From: Aciduliprofundum boonei T469
Lineage (GTDB): Archaea; Thermoplasmatota; Thermoplasmata; Thermoplasmatales; Aciduliprofundaceae
Assembly: GCF_000025665.1 (NCBI RefSeq)
Contig: NC_013926.1
Coordinates: forward strand, 210,001 to 242,000
Length of the DNA stretch: 32,000 nucleotides
Direction of reading: 5' to 3'
A model generated the notes under the pieces. That model did not search any database, was not told where the DNA came from, and worked only from the letters and a program-made list of their open reading frames with translations. Every line of letters begins with the position of its first letter. Positions within the stretch are counted from its first letter, which is position 1. Shown piece after piece: positions 17,097 to 25,737 of the stretch. The position numbers and the translations under genes are program-made.

Positions 17097-17114
17097 TCTC
17101 CTTCTTTTATTTTT

Positions 17115-17981
17115 ATGTACCCTCTGGACTTTGATGGAAAACTCGTCTTTTTCCCAACAGAAGATAATTTAAAAACTTCTGGATTTCTCATGCCTGCAAG
17201 AGGAAAAGATGTGGTTTTATTCGTACACGGTATGGGTGGAAACTTCTACAAGGATGGCTTTTTGAAAGGTGCAAGAGAATTGGTTAAAAGAGATGTGGCC
17301 TTTTTTTCCTTTAACACCAGAGGTGCAGAGGTAGTCAAAGATTTCAGAGATATTAATGGTGAGCATCACATGCTTGGCACTGCTTTTGAAATCTTTGAAG
17401 ATACCGTTAAGGATATAAGTGCAGCCATAACCTATCTTACCAATATCGGATATGAAAAATTTCATCTCTTGGGGCACAGCACAGGATGCCAAAAGATCCT
17501 TTTCTATCAATATTCAACTCAAGATGAGAGGGTAAAGAGCTTAATTCATGTCTCTCCCGCAGAAGATTATGAAATCTGGAAAAATGAACTAGGAGTGGAT
17601 TTTGAAAGATTTGTGGCAATCGCTAAAGATATGATGGATAAAGGAGAAGGAAATAGGATAATAATACCTCTGTATGAGAGAACTGGAGAACTCTGGAGCG
17701 CTAGAAGATTCTTGAGTTTCGCTGATAAATCAAATATGGAAGCAAGAATGTTTGATTATAAAAATCTAAGCATCTTTTCACAGATCCGCACTCCCACCTT
17801 AATTTTCTTGGGCAAAGATGACCAATATTTCTTGAAAGATTTAGAGTGGTATAAAGAGAAATTGGAGAGAAGTTACAAGGGGGAAAAGATAAAAATAGAA
17901 ATCATGCCAGGAGACCATAGCTTTCATGGATATGAGGACATTTTGTTCCGTAGGATTGCAGAGTTTATTAAAGACCTCTAA
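17115..17981 (+). CDS. Alpha/beta-hydrolase fold protein (DUF1749-like)
   Basis: HGMGGNF oxyanion region, nucleophile elbow GHSTGCQ (G-x-S-x-G), and late D...H (GDHSFHG). Confidence 0.75.
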   Translation: MYPLDFDGKLVFFPTEDNLKTSGFLMPARGKDVVLFVHGMGGNFYKDGFLKGARELVKRDVAFFSFNTRGAEVVKDFRDINGEHHMLGTAFEIFEDTVKDISAAITYLTNIGYEKFHLLGHSTGCQKILFYQYSTQDERVKSLIHVSPAEDYEIWKNELGVDFERFVAIAKDMMDKGEGNRIIIPLYERTGELWSARRFLSFADKSNMEARMFDYKNLSIFSQIRTPTLIFLGKDDQYFLKDLEWYKEKLERSYKGEKIKIEIMPGDHSFHGYEDILFRRIAEFIKDL

Positions 17982-17982
17982 C

Positions 17983-18495
17983 TCATTGTAATTTTCCCTT
18001 CTCAATGTGGAAATCTATGAAATCACAATGGTGGATTATCACAGCCTCCGGAATGCGAGTAACGAACTCACCCTCTTTAGAATGCGCCGCTATAATGTGG
18101 GCAATCTGATAGGGCAAATCAAATTTCTCAGCGAGCATAGCACCTCCAACTGGATGCCTAATACGCTTTCCATACTCACTTTTCACGACTTTTCCATTCT
18201 CAAGACCAAATTCAAGGAGCTTGGCAACATCATGCAATAATCCACCTGCAATAATGAAATCCATATTCACATCTCCACGCTCCTTAGCAACTGCCATAGC
18301 CATCCTAGTAACAGCACGGGTATGCTCTACCAAGTTTCTCTCTGTAGGGATTAAGAGCGTGAAGGGAATTTTATCCAGAGGATAATCTTTCCATCCTCCC
18401 TTTTCAATAGCATATTCCCAAATTTTTATTACTTTTTTGCGAATCTCTAGGTCTTTTATCTCATTAACTTCCGGAAAAATCTTTTCGACTTTCAT
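17983..18495 (-). CDS. HD-domain metal-dependent phosphohydrolase
   Basis: H (EHTRAV) ... LLHDVAK ... H-H-C-D pattern of the HD superfamily. Confidence 0.75.
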   Translation of the reverse strand: MKVEKIFPEVNEIKDLEIRKKVIKIWEYAIEKGGWKDYPLDKIPFTLLIPTERNLVEHTRAVTRMAMAVAKERGDVNMDFIIAGGLLHDVAKLLEFGLENGKVVKSEYGKRIRHPVGGAMLAEKFDLPYQIAHIIAAHSKEGEFVTRIPEAVIIHHCDFIDFHIEKGKLQ

Positions 18496-18526
18496 AGGGG
18501 TAGATAAAAATAAAGAATAAAAGGAT

Positions 18527-18862
18527 TTACTTTTTGAATTCCTCTATCGCCTTCATAAGAGGTATGAGATGCATCAAAGCTGGTCCTCCAGCCATAAGCA
18601 CAGCCACATATCCTGCTTCTACTAACTCCTCGGGCTTAGCACCTGCTTCAAGTGCATTCTTCGTATGCAATACGATGCACCATTCACAGCCGGCAGCAAT
18701 ACCTAAGGCAAGGGCAATGAGTTCTTTAGTTTTTGTATCAAGTGCCTTTTCCTGTATAGTGCGCCTTAGGAATGACATAAACGCCCCTGTCTCTTGAGGA
18801 TAATCCTTACCCAATTTTTCAAGATACATTCCTATCTCGTTAAGGGTTTCTTCCGGATCCAT
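18527..18862 (-). CDS. Carboxymuconolactone decarboxylase / AhpD-like family protein
   Basis: 111 aa with the AAGCEWCIVLH motif (C-x-x-C...H) typical of AhpD-like CMD domains. Confidence 0.8.
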   Translation of the reverse strand: MDPEETLNEIGMYLEKLGKDYPQETGAFMSFLRRTIQEKALDTKTKELIALALGIAAGCEWCIVLHTKNALEAGAKPEELVEAGYVAVLMAGGPALMHLIPLMKAIEEFKK

Positions 18863-18923
18863 TTTATCACCATTTAACGATATACAAACATACTATTTTT
18901 ATTTTTCGTATAAAAATTACGAA

Positions 18924-19712
18924 TTACGATATTTTTCTTACGGAAACATATTGAGAATCTTTTATAAAGAATCTGAGAGGCTCTTCAAGATCATTTCTAA
19001 CACCTATCCTGTGAGCTCTTGCCACCTTAAACTCATTCCAGGGAGATTGCGCAATAAAAATCTCTCCCCCCAAAGATTCCTCGTTCATTTCCTTTTTTAT
19101 ACCAAAAGCTCTTGTCCATTTGCCAGGTCCGTTGCAGAGTTCCTTTAACCTTTTACCCCTGCGCTCATACATTTTCTTAAGTCCAGCAATTGGCTCAACG
19201 GAGCGAATTAGTACGGCTTGCGCCTCTTCACCATCCGTAGTTATATTGAACATCCAGTTTGCATGCACCATATATATGAATATGTGCCCCCCAGAAAGCC
19301 ACATTCCCCTGTTGTAATTCTTCTTTCCCTTGTATGCTCGTGATGCAGGGTCTTTATTTCCGTAATACGCTTCAGTTTCCACTATTTTTCCTGCGAGTCC
19401 ATCGTAAACAATAATCTTACCGAGGAGCTCTAAAGCTACATCCTTTGCGTCCCTCTCAAAGAAGGAGATTGGTAGAGGTGAGAATCTAAAATTGGGATGA
19501 AAATAATCACCATGAGAATCAACGATTACAATGGGATAATTTCTAGCCAAGGAATTTTCAAATTTGGGGGTGGAGTTTATCACTCCTATCCTGCCATTCT
19601 TTTCCTCCTGCATTAACCCTTCAATATCTTTATCTTCTGAGAACTCCCATATCTTATCTATCCCATACAGTTTCAAAATTTCGGTATTCCTCTCTCTTAA
19701 AATATATATCAT
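18924..19712 (-). CDS. DNA-3-methyladenine glycosylase (MPG/AAG family) with an extra N-terminal extension of about 80 aa
   Basis: The C-terminal ~180 aa carry FFERDAKDVALELLGK, IVETEAYYGNKDPASRAY, AVLIRSVEP and CNGPGKW, all MPG hallmarks. The first ~80 aa match nothing I recognise. Confidence 0.85.
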   Translation of the reverse strand: MIYILRERNTEILKLYGIDKIWEFSEDKDIEGLMQEEKNGRIGVINSTPKFENSLARNYPIVIVDSHGDYFHPNFRFSPLPISFFERDAKDVALELLGKIIVYDGLAGKIVETEAYYGNKDPASRAYKGKKNYNRGMWLSGGHIFIYMVHANWMFNITTDGEEAQAVLIRSVEPIAGLKKMYERRGKRLKELCNGPGKWTRAFGIKKEMNEESLGGEIFIAQSPWNEFKVARAHRIGVRNDLEEPLRFFIKDSQYVSVRKIS

Positions 19713-19876
19713 GCAGGCCAGTAAATTTTGGCAAGTTCAACAACAAGCGCAAATATTATGGCCATGTACACCACAAGTTTTGGATCTATCTTTGGTCCCT
19801 TGCTCTTCTCTTCCTCAAAATACCTTATCAAACCAGCCGCAGATTGAAAACCTGTACCCTTGTTCTTCTTCGCCAT
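19709..19876 (-). CDS. secG: Preprotein translocase subunit Sec61-beta (archaeal SecG)
   Basis: MAKKNKGTGFQSAAGLIRYFEEE followed by one C-terminal TM helix, the classic archaeal Sec61-beta layout. An alternative ATG at 19897 would add 7 aa. The stop overlaps the MPG start (ATGA). Confidence 0.85.
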   Translation of the reverse strand: MAKKNKGTGFQSAAGLIRYFEEEKSKGPKIDPKLVVYMAIIFALVVELAKIYWPA

Positions 19877-19953
19877 ATTTCTCGCTATTTCCACCATAAA
19901 CTTAAAGTTTTCGGTTTAGAAAATAATAAATCCCCGCAACTCTTTGTACTATC

Positions 19954-21144
19954 GTGTTTGGAGAACTATGCGTTAAATGCAAGGGTCGATTGTGGTGTGG
20001 ATTGCCTAAGTGCCCAATACTTGAGAGTGCAAAAAATACTATCCCTAAAATAAAGATGTCATCAGATTCATTATATGGTCCCTCACCCCCAAGCGTTTTT
20101 GTTGGCAGATATGGATATCCAAATGTCTATGCTGGTCCTTTAATCTCGGAAAATGAAAGAATTTTCGGTTCTACGAAAGAACTTTATGGTAAATCCTTGA
20201 GCGAAATTCTTACAACCACATCCTCATTAGTGAGAGCTTCAAAAAAGATTAATGTTAGAAAAGTGGATAAAATCGTGGAAAAATCTCAAGTAATAGCAAT
20301 GTCTGAGAAATCTGTTGACACGGAGGTATGGGTTGAGAAATTCTATGGAGGAGCGAGCATCGACGATTTCTTTCATCCTACAGGTCCTAGGATCGAACCA
20401 AGAAAAATAGATATAGTGGATAATCCATCCATTCCCAAGAAGGTAGATATGGTTGTAGAAGAGAAATTAAAGGCAGAGATTGCAATAAGGGAATTGTACA
20501 GAAGCGGCTACGATGTGGATTATCTTCAGAGAATGATGGCCTCGGGAGTATTGGGAAAGGATAGAAAACTGGTACCAACGAGGTGGAGCATAACTGCCGT
20601 GGATGACATACTCTTCAAAGGATTGATAAAAGAAGTAAAGGGCTTTGATACAATAAACAAAGTAGAGTATTACAAAGAAAGTTTTATGGGCAACGAGTTC
20701 CACATTTTCCTCATTCCAGGAACTTGGGAGTACGAGATGCTTGAATCCTGGCTGAAAGGTGCACTATATTCTCCCGAACAAAACATTGTATCTGGAGATT
20801 ATGAACCCTATGAAGGGCGCAGAGGATATGCAAGTAACATAACAGGTGCATATTATGCTGCAAGATTGGCCATAGTGGAGAACTTAAAAAACAGGAGAAG
20901 GCAAGCAAAAGCTTTGGTGTATAGAGAAATAACACCTGAGTATAAACTTCCCCTTGGGGTATGGGTTATTAGGGAGAGCATGAGGCATGCACTTCTCAAA
21001 ACCCCTATTTATTTTGAAAATTTGGAAAATGCGTTGAAGTATGCTGGAGAAAAAACGCATCTAAAAAATTGGTATAAACGGAGCAAGATTCTATACAATT
21101 TAAAGCACCAGATGAAATTGGAAGATTTCATAGGTCAATTTTGA
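19954..21144 (+). CDS. Nre-family archaeal DNA repair protein (DUF650/DUF651)
   Basis: N-terminal Cys cluster C-V-K-C-K-G-R-L-W-C-G-L-P-K-C-P, PTRWSITAVDD, and a C-terminal PIP-like box QMKLEDFI. Apparent GTG start at 19954. Confidence 0.75.
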   Translation: MFGELCVKCKGRLWCGLPKCPILESAKNTIPKIKMSSDSLYGPSPPSVFVGRYGYPNVYAGPLISENERIFGSTKELYGKSLSEILTTTSSLVRASKKINVRKVDKIVEKSQVIAMSEKSVDTEVWVEKFYGGASIDDFFHPTGPRIEPRKIDIVDNPSIPKKVDMVVEEKLKAEIAIRELYRSGYDVDYLQRMMASGVLGKDRKLVPTRWSITAVDDILFKGLIKEVKGFDTINKVEYYKESFMGNEFHIFLIPGTWEYEMLESWLKGALYSPEQNIVSGDYEPYEGRRGYASNITGAYYAARLAIVENLKNRRRQAKALVYREITPEYKLPLGVWVIRESMRHALLKTPIYFENLENALKYAGEKTHLKNWYKRSKILYNLKHQMKLEDFIGQF

Positions 21145-21182
21145 GGCACAAACTTGAAATAATTTGACTTTATGCGAGCCCC

Positions 21183-22004
21183 ATGGATTTAATACTTACT
21201 TCCCAAGATGATCTAGCTTCCCTGAACATAAGAGAAAAGCTCCTCGCTATGGATGATTGGAAGAAGATAGGCATGTTTCATAATTTCCCCGTTTATAAAA
21301 GCGAAAAATTTTATTTAGTGCATATAAAAATTCAGAAAATTTATGCGGAAAATATAGATAAACATATAAGGGAGAGGTTAGGGATAGATTTTGATAATAT
21401 AATCGTAGCTTCAAAGCACAGGAGTTCTGCAGGGATAAGAAGCTTAACAGTGCATCCAATTGGGAACTGGGGCAAGGCAGAGTACGGAGGAAAAGAAAGC
21501 ACTGTGGTAAAGACAAATCCACATCTTATGACCGAGGCTTTGCGATTGCTCAAAAAGAATAATAATTTAGATGAATACACAGTTTCATTTGAAGCAACAC
21601 ACCATGGGCCTTATCTTGAAACTCCAACATTTTTCATTGAGATAGGAAGCACTGAGGAGGAGTGGAGAGACGATAGAGCAGGCGAGGTCCTTGCAAAAAC
21701 CATTATGGAGTTGGAGGAAAAAAGATACCTTCCTGCACTGGGAATTGGAGGAGGACACTATATGCCTAGAATAACAGATGTTGCCCTTCAATACAAGATA
21801 TCATTTGGACACATGCTACCATCCTACGCAGTTGAATATGTAAACGAGAATACGCTCAGGATGGCATGTGAGAAAAGTGCTCATTGCAAGCATGCATACA
21901 TCCATCGCAAGGGACTCAAAAGCGAGCAGAAAAAGAAGATTATAAAGATACTGGAGAATTTGGGAATAGAAATAATAAGCTCAAAAGAGCTAGAAAAATT
22001 ATGA
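21183..22004 (+). CDS. dtdA: D-aminoacyl-tRNA deacylase, archaeal DtdA (DTD2) type
   Basis: 273 aa. SLTVHPIGNWG, FEATHHGP and GGGHY motifs as I recall them for the DtdA family. Confidence 0.75.
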   Translation: MDLILTSQDDLASLNIREKLLAMDDWKKIGMFHNFPVYKSEKFYLVHIKIQKIYAENIDKHIRERLGIDFDNIIVASKHRSSAGIRSLTVHPIGNWGKAEYGGKESTVVKTNPHLMTEALRLLKKNNNLDEYTVSFEATHHGPYLETPTFFIEIGSTEEEWRDDRAGEVLAKTIMELEEKRYLPALGIGGGHYMPRITDVALQYKISFGHMLPSYAVEYVNENTLRMACEKSAHCKHAYIHRKGLKSEQKKKIIKILENLGIEIISSKELEKL

Positions 22005-23405
22005 GAGCAATTTCTTGAACCACTCTTCATTCTCGTATTTCTTCAATATTTTATCCCCTCTAATGTATTTCTTTATCTCTGAATCAAACTTCACACTCAT
22101 CATCAGGAAGTTTCTGGCACCCATGTCATTACCCTTTGCAGCCATAAGTTTCCCCTTGTAGAACAATGCCTTCGCATCTTTGAAATTTCTCTTTAATATC
22201 TCATTCAATATCTTCTCTGCATAATCGTATGCCTGGTGCGATAGCATCTCCTCCAAGATGATGTTACCCTTTTCTATCTCCAAATTATCCACCATAAATT
22301 TAGCTAGTTCAAAGCTAATCTCCCTGTTAGCTAAATCCATAAATTCATTAGGATTTAAACCTTTCAAAATTTCTTTGGCTTTATCTAAATTACCATCTTT
22401 GAAAGCTTCCAGAAAAGCATCTACCTTATTTATCTCCTCTTCCTTCGTTTCTTCTTTTACCTCTTCAGCTTCATTTCCTTCCGTACTCATATCCCCTATA
22501 GCCTCATCTATTCCAAGATCCCCAAATAACTCATCTACTGCAATAGGCTTAACTTCCTCTTTCTCACCCCCACTTATTTCCTCATAAAGCATCTGCACAG
22601 TAGGATCATCTGGATAATCCTCTTTAAGTTGCTCTATAATACGATTCGCTTCTACAAGCTCATTGTTATCCATAAGAAAACGAACCTTTGTGATAAGCAA
22701 ATCTTTGTTTCCCGGGTCTATATCTAGGCCTTCTTCCAGATATTTTTCATCTTTTGTAAGAGAATAAAGTCTATTGTAAACCTTAAGAAGCTCGTTATAA
22801 TTTCCCTTTTTCTTGAGAAGTTCTGCATATTTTTTAAGAACCTCAACATTATCGGGCTCTATCTTGAGAATCTTATTTATGACATCCTCATTCTCAGGAT
22901 CAACTTCCAACGCACGAAAATACGCTTCTAAAGCGCTCTTCAACTCTCCCTCCATCCTTAAAGCATCTCCAAGTAGAATATTTGCTTCAACATTATTTGG
23001 AGCGAGCTTGACTGCCTCTTTTAAGGATGCCACAGCATATGGTATTTGAACATTTCTTTCTAAGAGGTTTCTGCCTATATCCAGCCATGCTCTAACATTG
23101 TTTCTATCCAAGCTTTTTGCTTTCTCAAGTGTTTTAATTGCATACTCATAATCTTTCAAGACGAGCATTTTTTCTCCAGCTTCTGTGAGAATCCTTGACA
23201 AGGTTTTCTTCTCCTTTGGACTCAACGCAGAAACTCTATCAAAATCCTCGCTAACCCACCTATTTATCCTCCTCAGCAAAATCTGTGCTCTATCATCCTC
23301 ACCGCTATTCATAAGAGCTTTAGCGTCCTCTAAAGTTTTAGCATAATCTCTAACAATCGTAGATTCCCTCTTCTTTCTACCACCAAACAGAGGCAAATTC
23401 ATCAC
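21999..23405 (-). CDS. TPR-repeat protein with an acidic central linker
   Basis: Repeated A-x-x-x-Y-x-x-A-L-x-x-D-P-x-N style 34-aa units (e.g. ALEAYFRALEVDPENEDV, AVASLKEAVKLAPNNVEA) and a Glu/Lys-rich insert (EEVKEETKEEE). Confidence 0.8.
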   Translation of the reverse strand: MMNLPLFGGRKKRESTIVRDYAKTLEDAKALMNSGEDDRAQILLRRINRWVSEDFDRVSALSPKEKKTLSRILTEAGEKMLVLKDYEYAIKTLEKAKSLDRNNVRAWLDIGRNLLERNVQIPYAVASLKEAVKLAPNNVEANILLGDALRMEGELKSALEAYFRALEVDPENEDVINKILKIEPDNVEVLKKYAELLKKKGNYNELLKVYNRLYSLTKDEKYLEEGLDIDPGNKDLLITKVRFLMDNNELVEANRIIEQLKEDYPDDPTVQMLYEEISGGEKEEVKPIAVDELFGDLGIDEAIGDMSTEGNEAEEVKEETKEEEINKVDAFLEAFKDGNLDKAKEILKGLNPNEFMDLANREISFELAKFMVDNLEIEKGNIILEEMLSHQAYDYAEKILNEILKRNFKDAKALFYKGKLMAAKGNDMGARNFLMMSVKFDSEIKKYIRGDKILKKYENEEWFKKLLS

Positions 23406-23472
23406 CTACATTTGAACTTGAGTTTAGATATAATATGCATTAATCTTATAAAACCTTCGCTCCCCCGCAACC

Positions 23473-23492
23473 ATAAAATATACGATTTATAT
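23473..23492 (+). promoter_or_regulatory. Putative TATA-box region for the tRNA-Leu gene
   Basis: ATAAAATATAC is centred about 26 nt upstream of the tRNA 5' end (23504), followed by TTTATAT. The spacing fits archaeal TBP/TFB promoters. Confidence 0.4.
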
Positions 23493-23503
23493 CTCATTCT
23501 TAG

Positions 23504-23588
23504 GCGGAGGTTGCCGAGCTAGGTCAAAGGCGCCAGATTCAGGGTCTGGTCCCGTAGGGGTTCGCCGGTTCAAATCCGGCCCTCCGCA
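23504..23588 (+). tRNA. tRNA-Leu (anticodon CAG), class II with a long variable arm, no intron, CCA not encoded
   Basis: Hand-folded. Acceptor GCGGAGG/CCTCCGC plus discriminator A; 3-bp D stem; anticodon stem CCAGA/TCTGG with loop TTCAGGG; 14-nt variable arm; T arm GCCGG-TTCAAAT-CCGGC. Confidence 0.9.
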
Positions 23589-23595
23589 CTGAACC

Positions 23596-23638
23596 CTTTT
23601 CTTAGGAAGAAAAGTGCCACTGCCCTGCGTAGCAGGGC
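23596..23638. terminator. Two perfect hairpins between the convergent tRNA-Leu and nitroreductase genes (possible bidirectional terminator or processing signal)
   Basis: Hairpin 1 at 23596-23614: CTTTTCTT-agg-AAGAAAAG (8 bp). Hairpin 2 at 23622-23638: GCCCTGC-gta-GCAGGGC (7 bp). The T-run in hairpin 1 resembles archaeal oligo-T terminators. Confidence 0.3.
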
Positions 23639-23678
23639 GTGTTCGCATCTCACGATGCCTATTTACCTCCAAAGAATT

Positions 23679-24188
23679 TTAAAATTTTTCAAAATGGAGG
23701 CGATCTTTCTCTATCTTGGTATCATCATGGGAAGGCTTGGTCTTTTTGGGCACACCTACAGACATCATGCTCAGCACTCTGTATTTTTCAGGTATGCCAA
23801 GCAGTTTCTTTACATTTTCTTCAGCGTTTTCGACACCCCGCACCTGAATCCAGCATGCTCCAAGTCCCATATCCGCAGCCTCAAGCCACAGATGCTCACA
23901 GGCAATACTGCAATCTTCAATCCACCATGGCGATTTCTCCTCATCACCCACAATAACAAAAGCTGCACCTGCCTTGTATAGCATTTTTGCCCAAGGTGTG
24001 GCTTGCGATAATTTGAGAAGCGTATCCCTATCCCTAACAACGATCAGATGACACGGGCGCCAGTTCATTGCACTAGGAGCATAAAAGAATACACGAATTA
24101 AATTTTCAACCTGCCAATCCTCCAAGGGCTCTCCTGTGTAACTTCTCAAACTCCTTCTTATCCTTATTGCCTCAATAACGGGCTTCAT
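23679..24188 (-). CDS. Nitroreductase-family (FMN-dependent) oxidoreductase
   Basis: IRRSLRSY and APSAMNWRPCHLIVV motifs. Start at ATG 24188 (MKPVIEAI...) matches the usual family N-terminus. Alternatives are ATG 24245 and the track start at 24263, which is a TTG. Confidence 0.8.
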   Translation of the reverse strand: MKPVIEAIRIRRSLRSYTGEPLEDWQVENLIRVFFYAPSAMNWRPCHLIVVRDRDTLLKLSQATPWAKMLYKAGAAFVIVGDEEKSPWWIEDCSIACEHLWLEAADMGLGACWIQVRGVENAEENVKKLLGIPEKYRVLSMMSVGVPKKTKPSHDDTKIEKDRLHFEKF

Positions 24189-24310
24189 GGTGGGATAATG
24201 GGGAGAGATAGTAATTAAATTATTTGAACTACTTCCTTTATCCATTATCTTTATGTCATTCAAATTTTCGTATCTTGAATATACCTTGGAATAAACCTTT
24301 CCTGCACAAC

Positions 24311-24352
24311 ATTTTTATACCATACCTCATTTCCTTAATTAAATATAATTAA
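24311..24352 (+). promoter_or_regulatory. Putative promoter (ATTTTTATAC) plus inverted repeat TTAATT-N6-AATTAA upstream of the RHH/sat operon
   Basis: TATA-like element at 24311-24320. Perfect 6-bp inverted repeat at 24335-24340 and 24347-24352, where a transcript start would be expected. GAGGTGA SD-like sequence at 24354-24360, just before ATG 24365. Confidence 0.35.
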
Positions 24353-24364
24353 AGAGGTGAGAAA

Positions 24365-24586
24365 ATGAGTGATGAAAAAAAATATACCACGGTATCCATA
24401 CCAACTCCTCTTTTCAAGAAGATTGAGGAGCGTATTAAGGGCACTGGATTTACTAGTGTTAGCAGCTATGTTACCTATGTGCTTAGGGAGATCATAGCTG
24501 AGGATGAAGAGAGCGAAGAAGCATTCAGCAAAGAAGATGAAGAGAGAGTAAAAGAGAGACTACGAGCCCTAGGGTATCTGGATTGA
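24365..24586 (+). CDS. Ribbon-helix-helix (CopG/Arc-MetJ family) DNA-binding protein
   Basis: 73 aa. TTVSIPTPLFKKIEERIK (beta-strand plus helix 1) and SVSSYVTYVLREII (helix 2), then an acidic tail ending in LRALGYLD. Confidence 0.7.
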   Translation: MSDEKKYTTVSIPTPLFKKIEERIKGTGFTSVSSYVTYVLREIIAEDEESEEAFSKEDEERVKERLRALGYLD

Positions 24587-24596
24587 GGCGATTTTG

Positions 24597-25733
24597 ATGA
24601 TATATCCCCATGGCGGAAAGCTAGTTGAGAGATTGGATTTTAGCGAGAAGGCTAGAGAAGAGTCTATGGAACTTCCAAAATTATACATAACTCTAGACGA
24701 AGCCAGAGATCTCGGGAACATAGGACATGGTGTATTTTCACCCCTTGAAGGATACATGGTTAGAGAAGATTTTGAAAATGTTTTGGCTCAGGGGAGACTT
24801 AGCAACGACCTCCCATGGACAATTCCAATAGTTAAGGATGTCAGCGATAAGGATGTTGATATGCTATTTGAAGAAGATGAGGTTGCATTGGTTTACAAAG
24901 ATGTTCCAATAGCCATACTCAAGGTTGAAGAGATTTATCCCTACGATAAGAAAGAGTATGCAGAGAAGATATTTGGTACGATGAGCATAGAGCATCCAGG
25001 CGTTGCGAATTTAATGAAAAAAGAAGAGCATCTTGTTGGTGGGAAGATTATTTTAGTAAATGATCCACCCACAAAATTTCCAAATTACAAGTTATGGCCC
25101 AAGGAGACGAGAGTTCTTTTCAAAGAGAGAGGCTGGAAAACTGTTGTGGGATTTCAAACCAGGAATGCACCCCATGTGGGTCATGAATATGTGCAGAAAA
25201 CTGCACTGACCTTTGTGGACGGTTTGTTCATCAATCCCCTAATTGGCAAAAAGAAAAAGGGAGATTTTAAAGATGAAGTCATAATAGCCGCGTACGAGGC
25301 TCTGTTCGAGCATTACTATCCTAAAAACACAGCCACTCTAGGAATATTAGAAACAGAGATGCGCTATGCAGGACCTAAAGAGGCAATATTCCATGCCATA
25401 ATGCGCAAGAACTTTGGGTGTACGCATTTCATCGTGGGTAGAGATCATGCAGGTGTAGGCAACTTCTACGGCCCTTATGACGCTCAAGAGATATTCTACG
25501 AGTATCCCGATTTGGGCATAACCCCTCTGTTTTTCCGCTCGTTCTTCTACTGCAAGAAGTGCGGTACAGTGGTCAATGAGAAAATATGTCCCCACGGTCC
25601 TGAAGACCATATTAATTTCTCAGGAACTAAGATTCGTGAGCTGTTGCTCAAAGGTGAGAGACCTCCAGAGCTCATGATGCGCCCGGAAGTGGCAGATGCC
25701 ATATTGCAATTTGATAATCCCTTTGTGGAGTGA
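24597..25733 (+). CDS. sat: Sulfate adenylyltransferase (ATP sulfurylase), zinc-binding short form
   Basis: PUA-like N-domain, then QTRNAPHVGHEY (H-x-x-H), GRDHAG, and a C-K-K-C-G-x8-C-P-H cluster like the Zn site reported for Thermus-type ATP sulfurylases. ATG 24597; the track's first codon at 24594 is a TTG. Confidence 0.92.
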   Translation: MIYPHGGKLVERLDFSEKAREESMELPKLYITLDEARDLGNIGHGVFSPLEGYMVREDFENVLAQGRLSNDLPWTIPIVKDVSDKDVDMLFEEDEVALVYKDVPIAILKVEEIYPYDKKEYAEKIFGTMSIEHPGVANLMKKEEHLVGGKIILVNDPPTKFPNYKLWPKETRVLFKERGWKTVVGFQTRNAPHVGHEYVQKTALTFVDGLFINPLIGKKKKGDFKDEVIIAAYEALFEHYYPKNTATLGILETEMRYAGPKEAIFHAIMRKNFGCTHFIVGRDHAGVGNFYGPYDAQEIFYEYPDLGITPLFFRSFFYCKKCGTVVNEKICPHGPEDHINFSGTKIRELLLKGERPPELMMRPEVADAILQFDNPFVE

Positions 25734-25737
25734 TACA

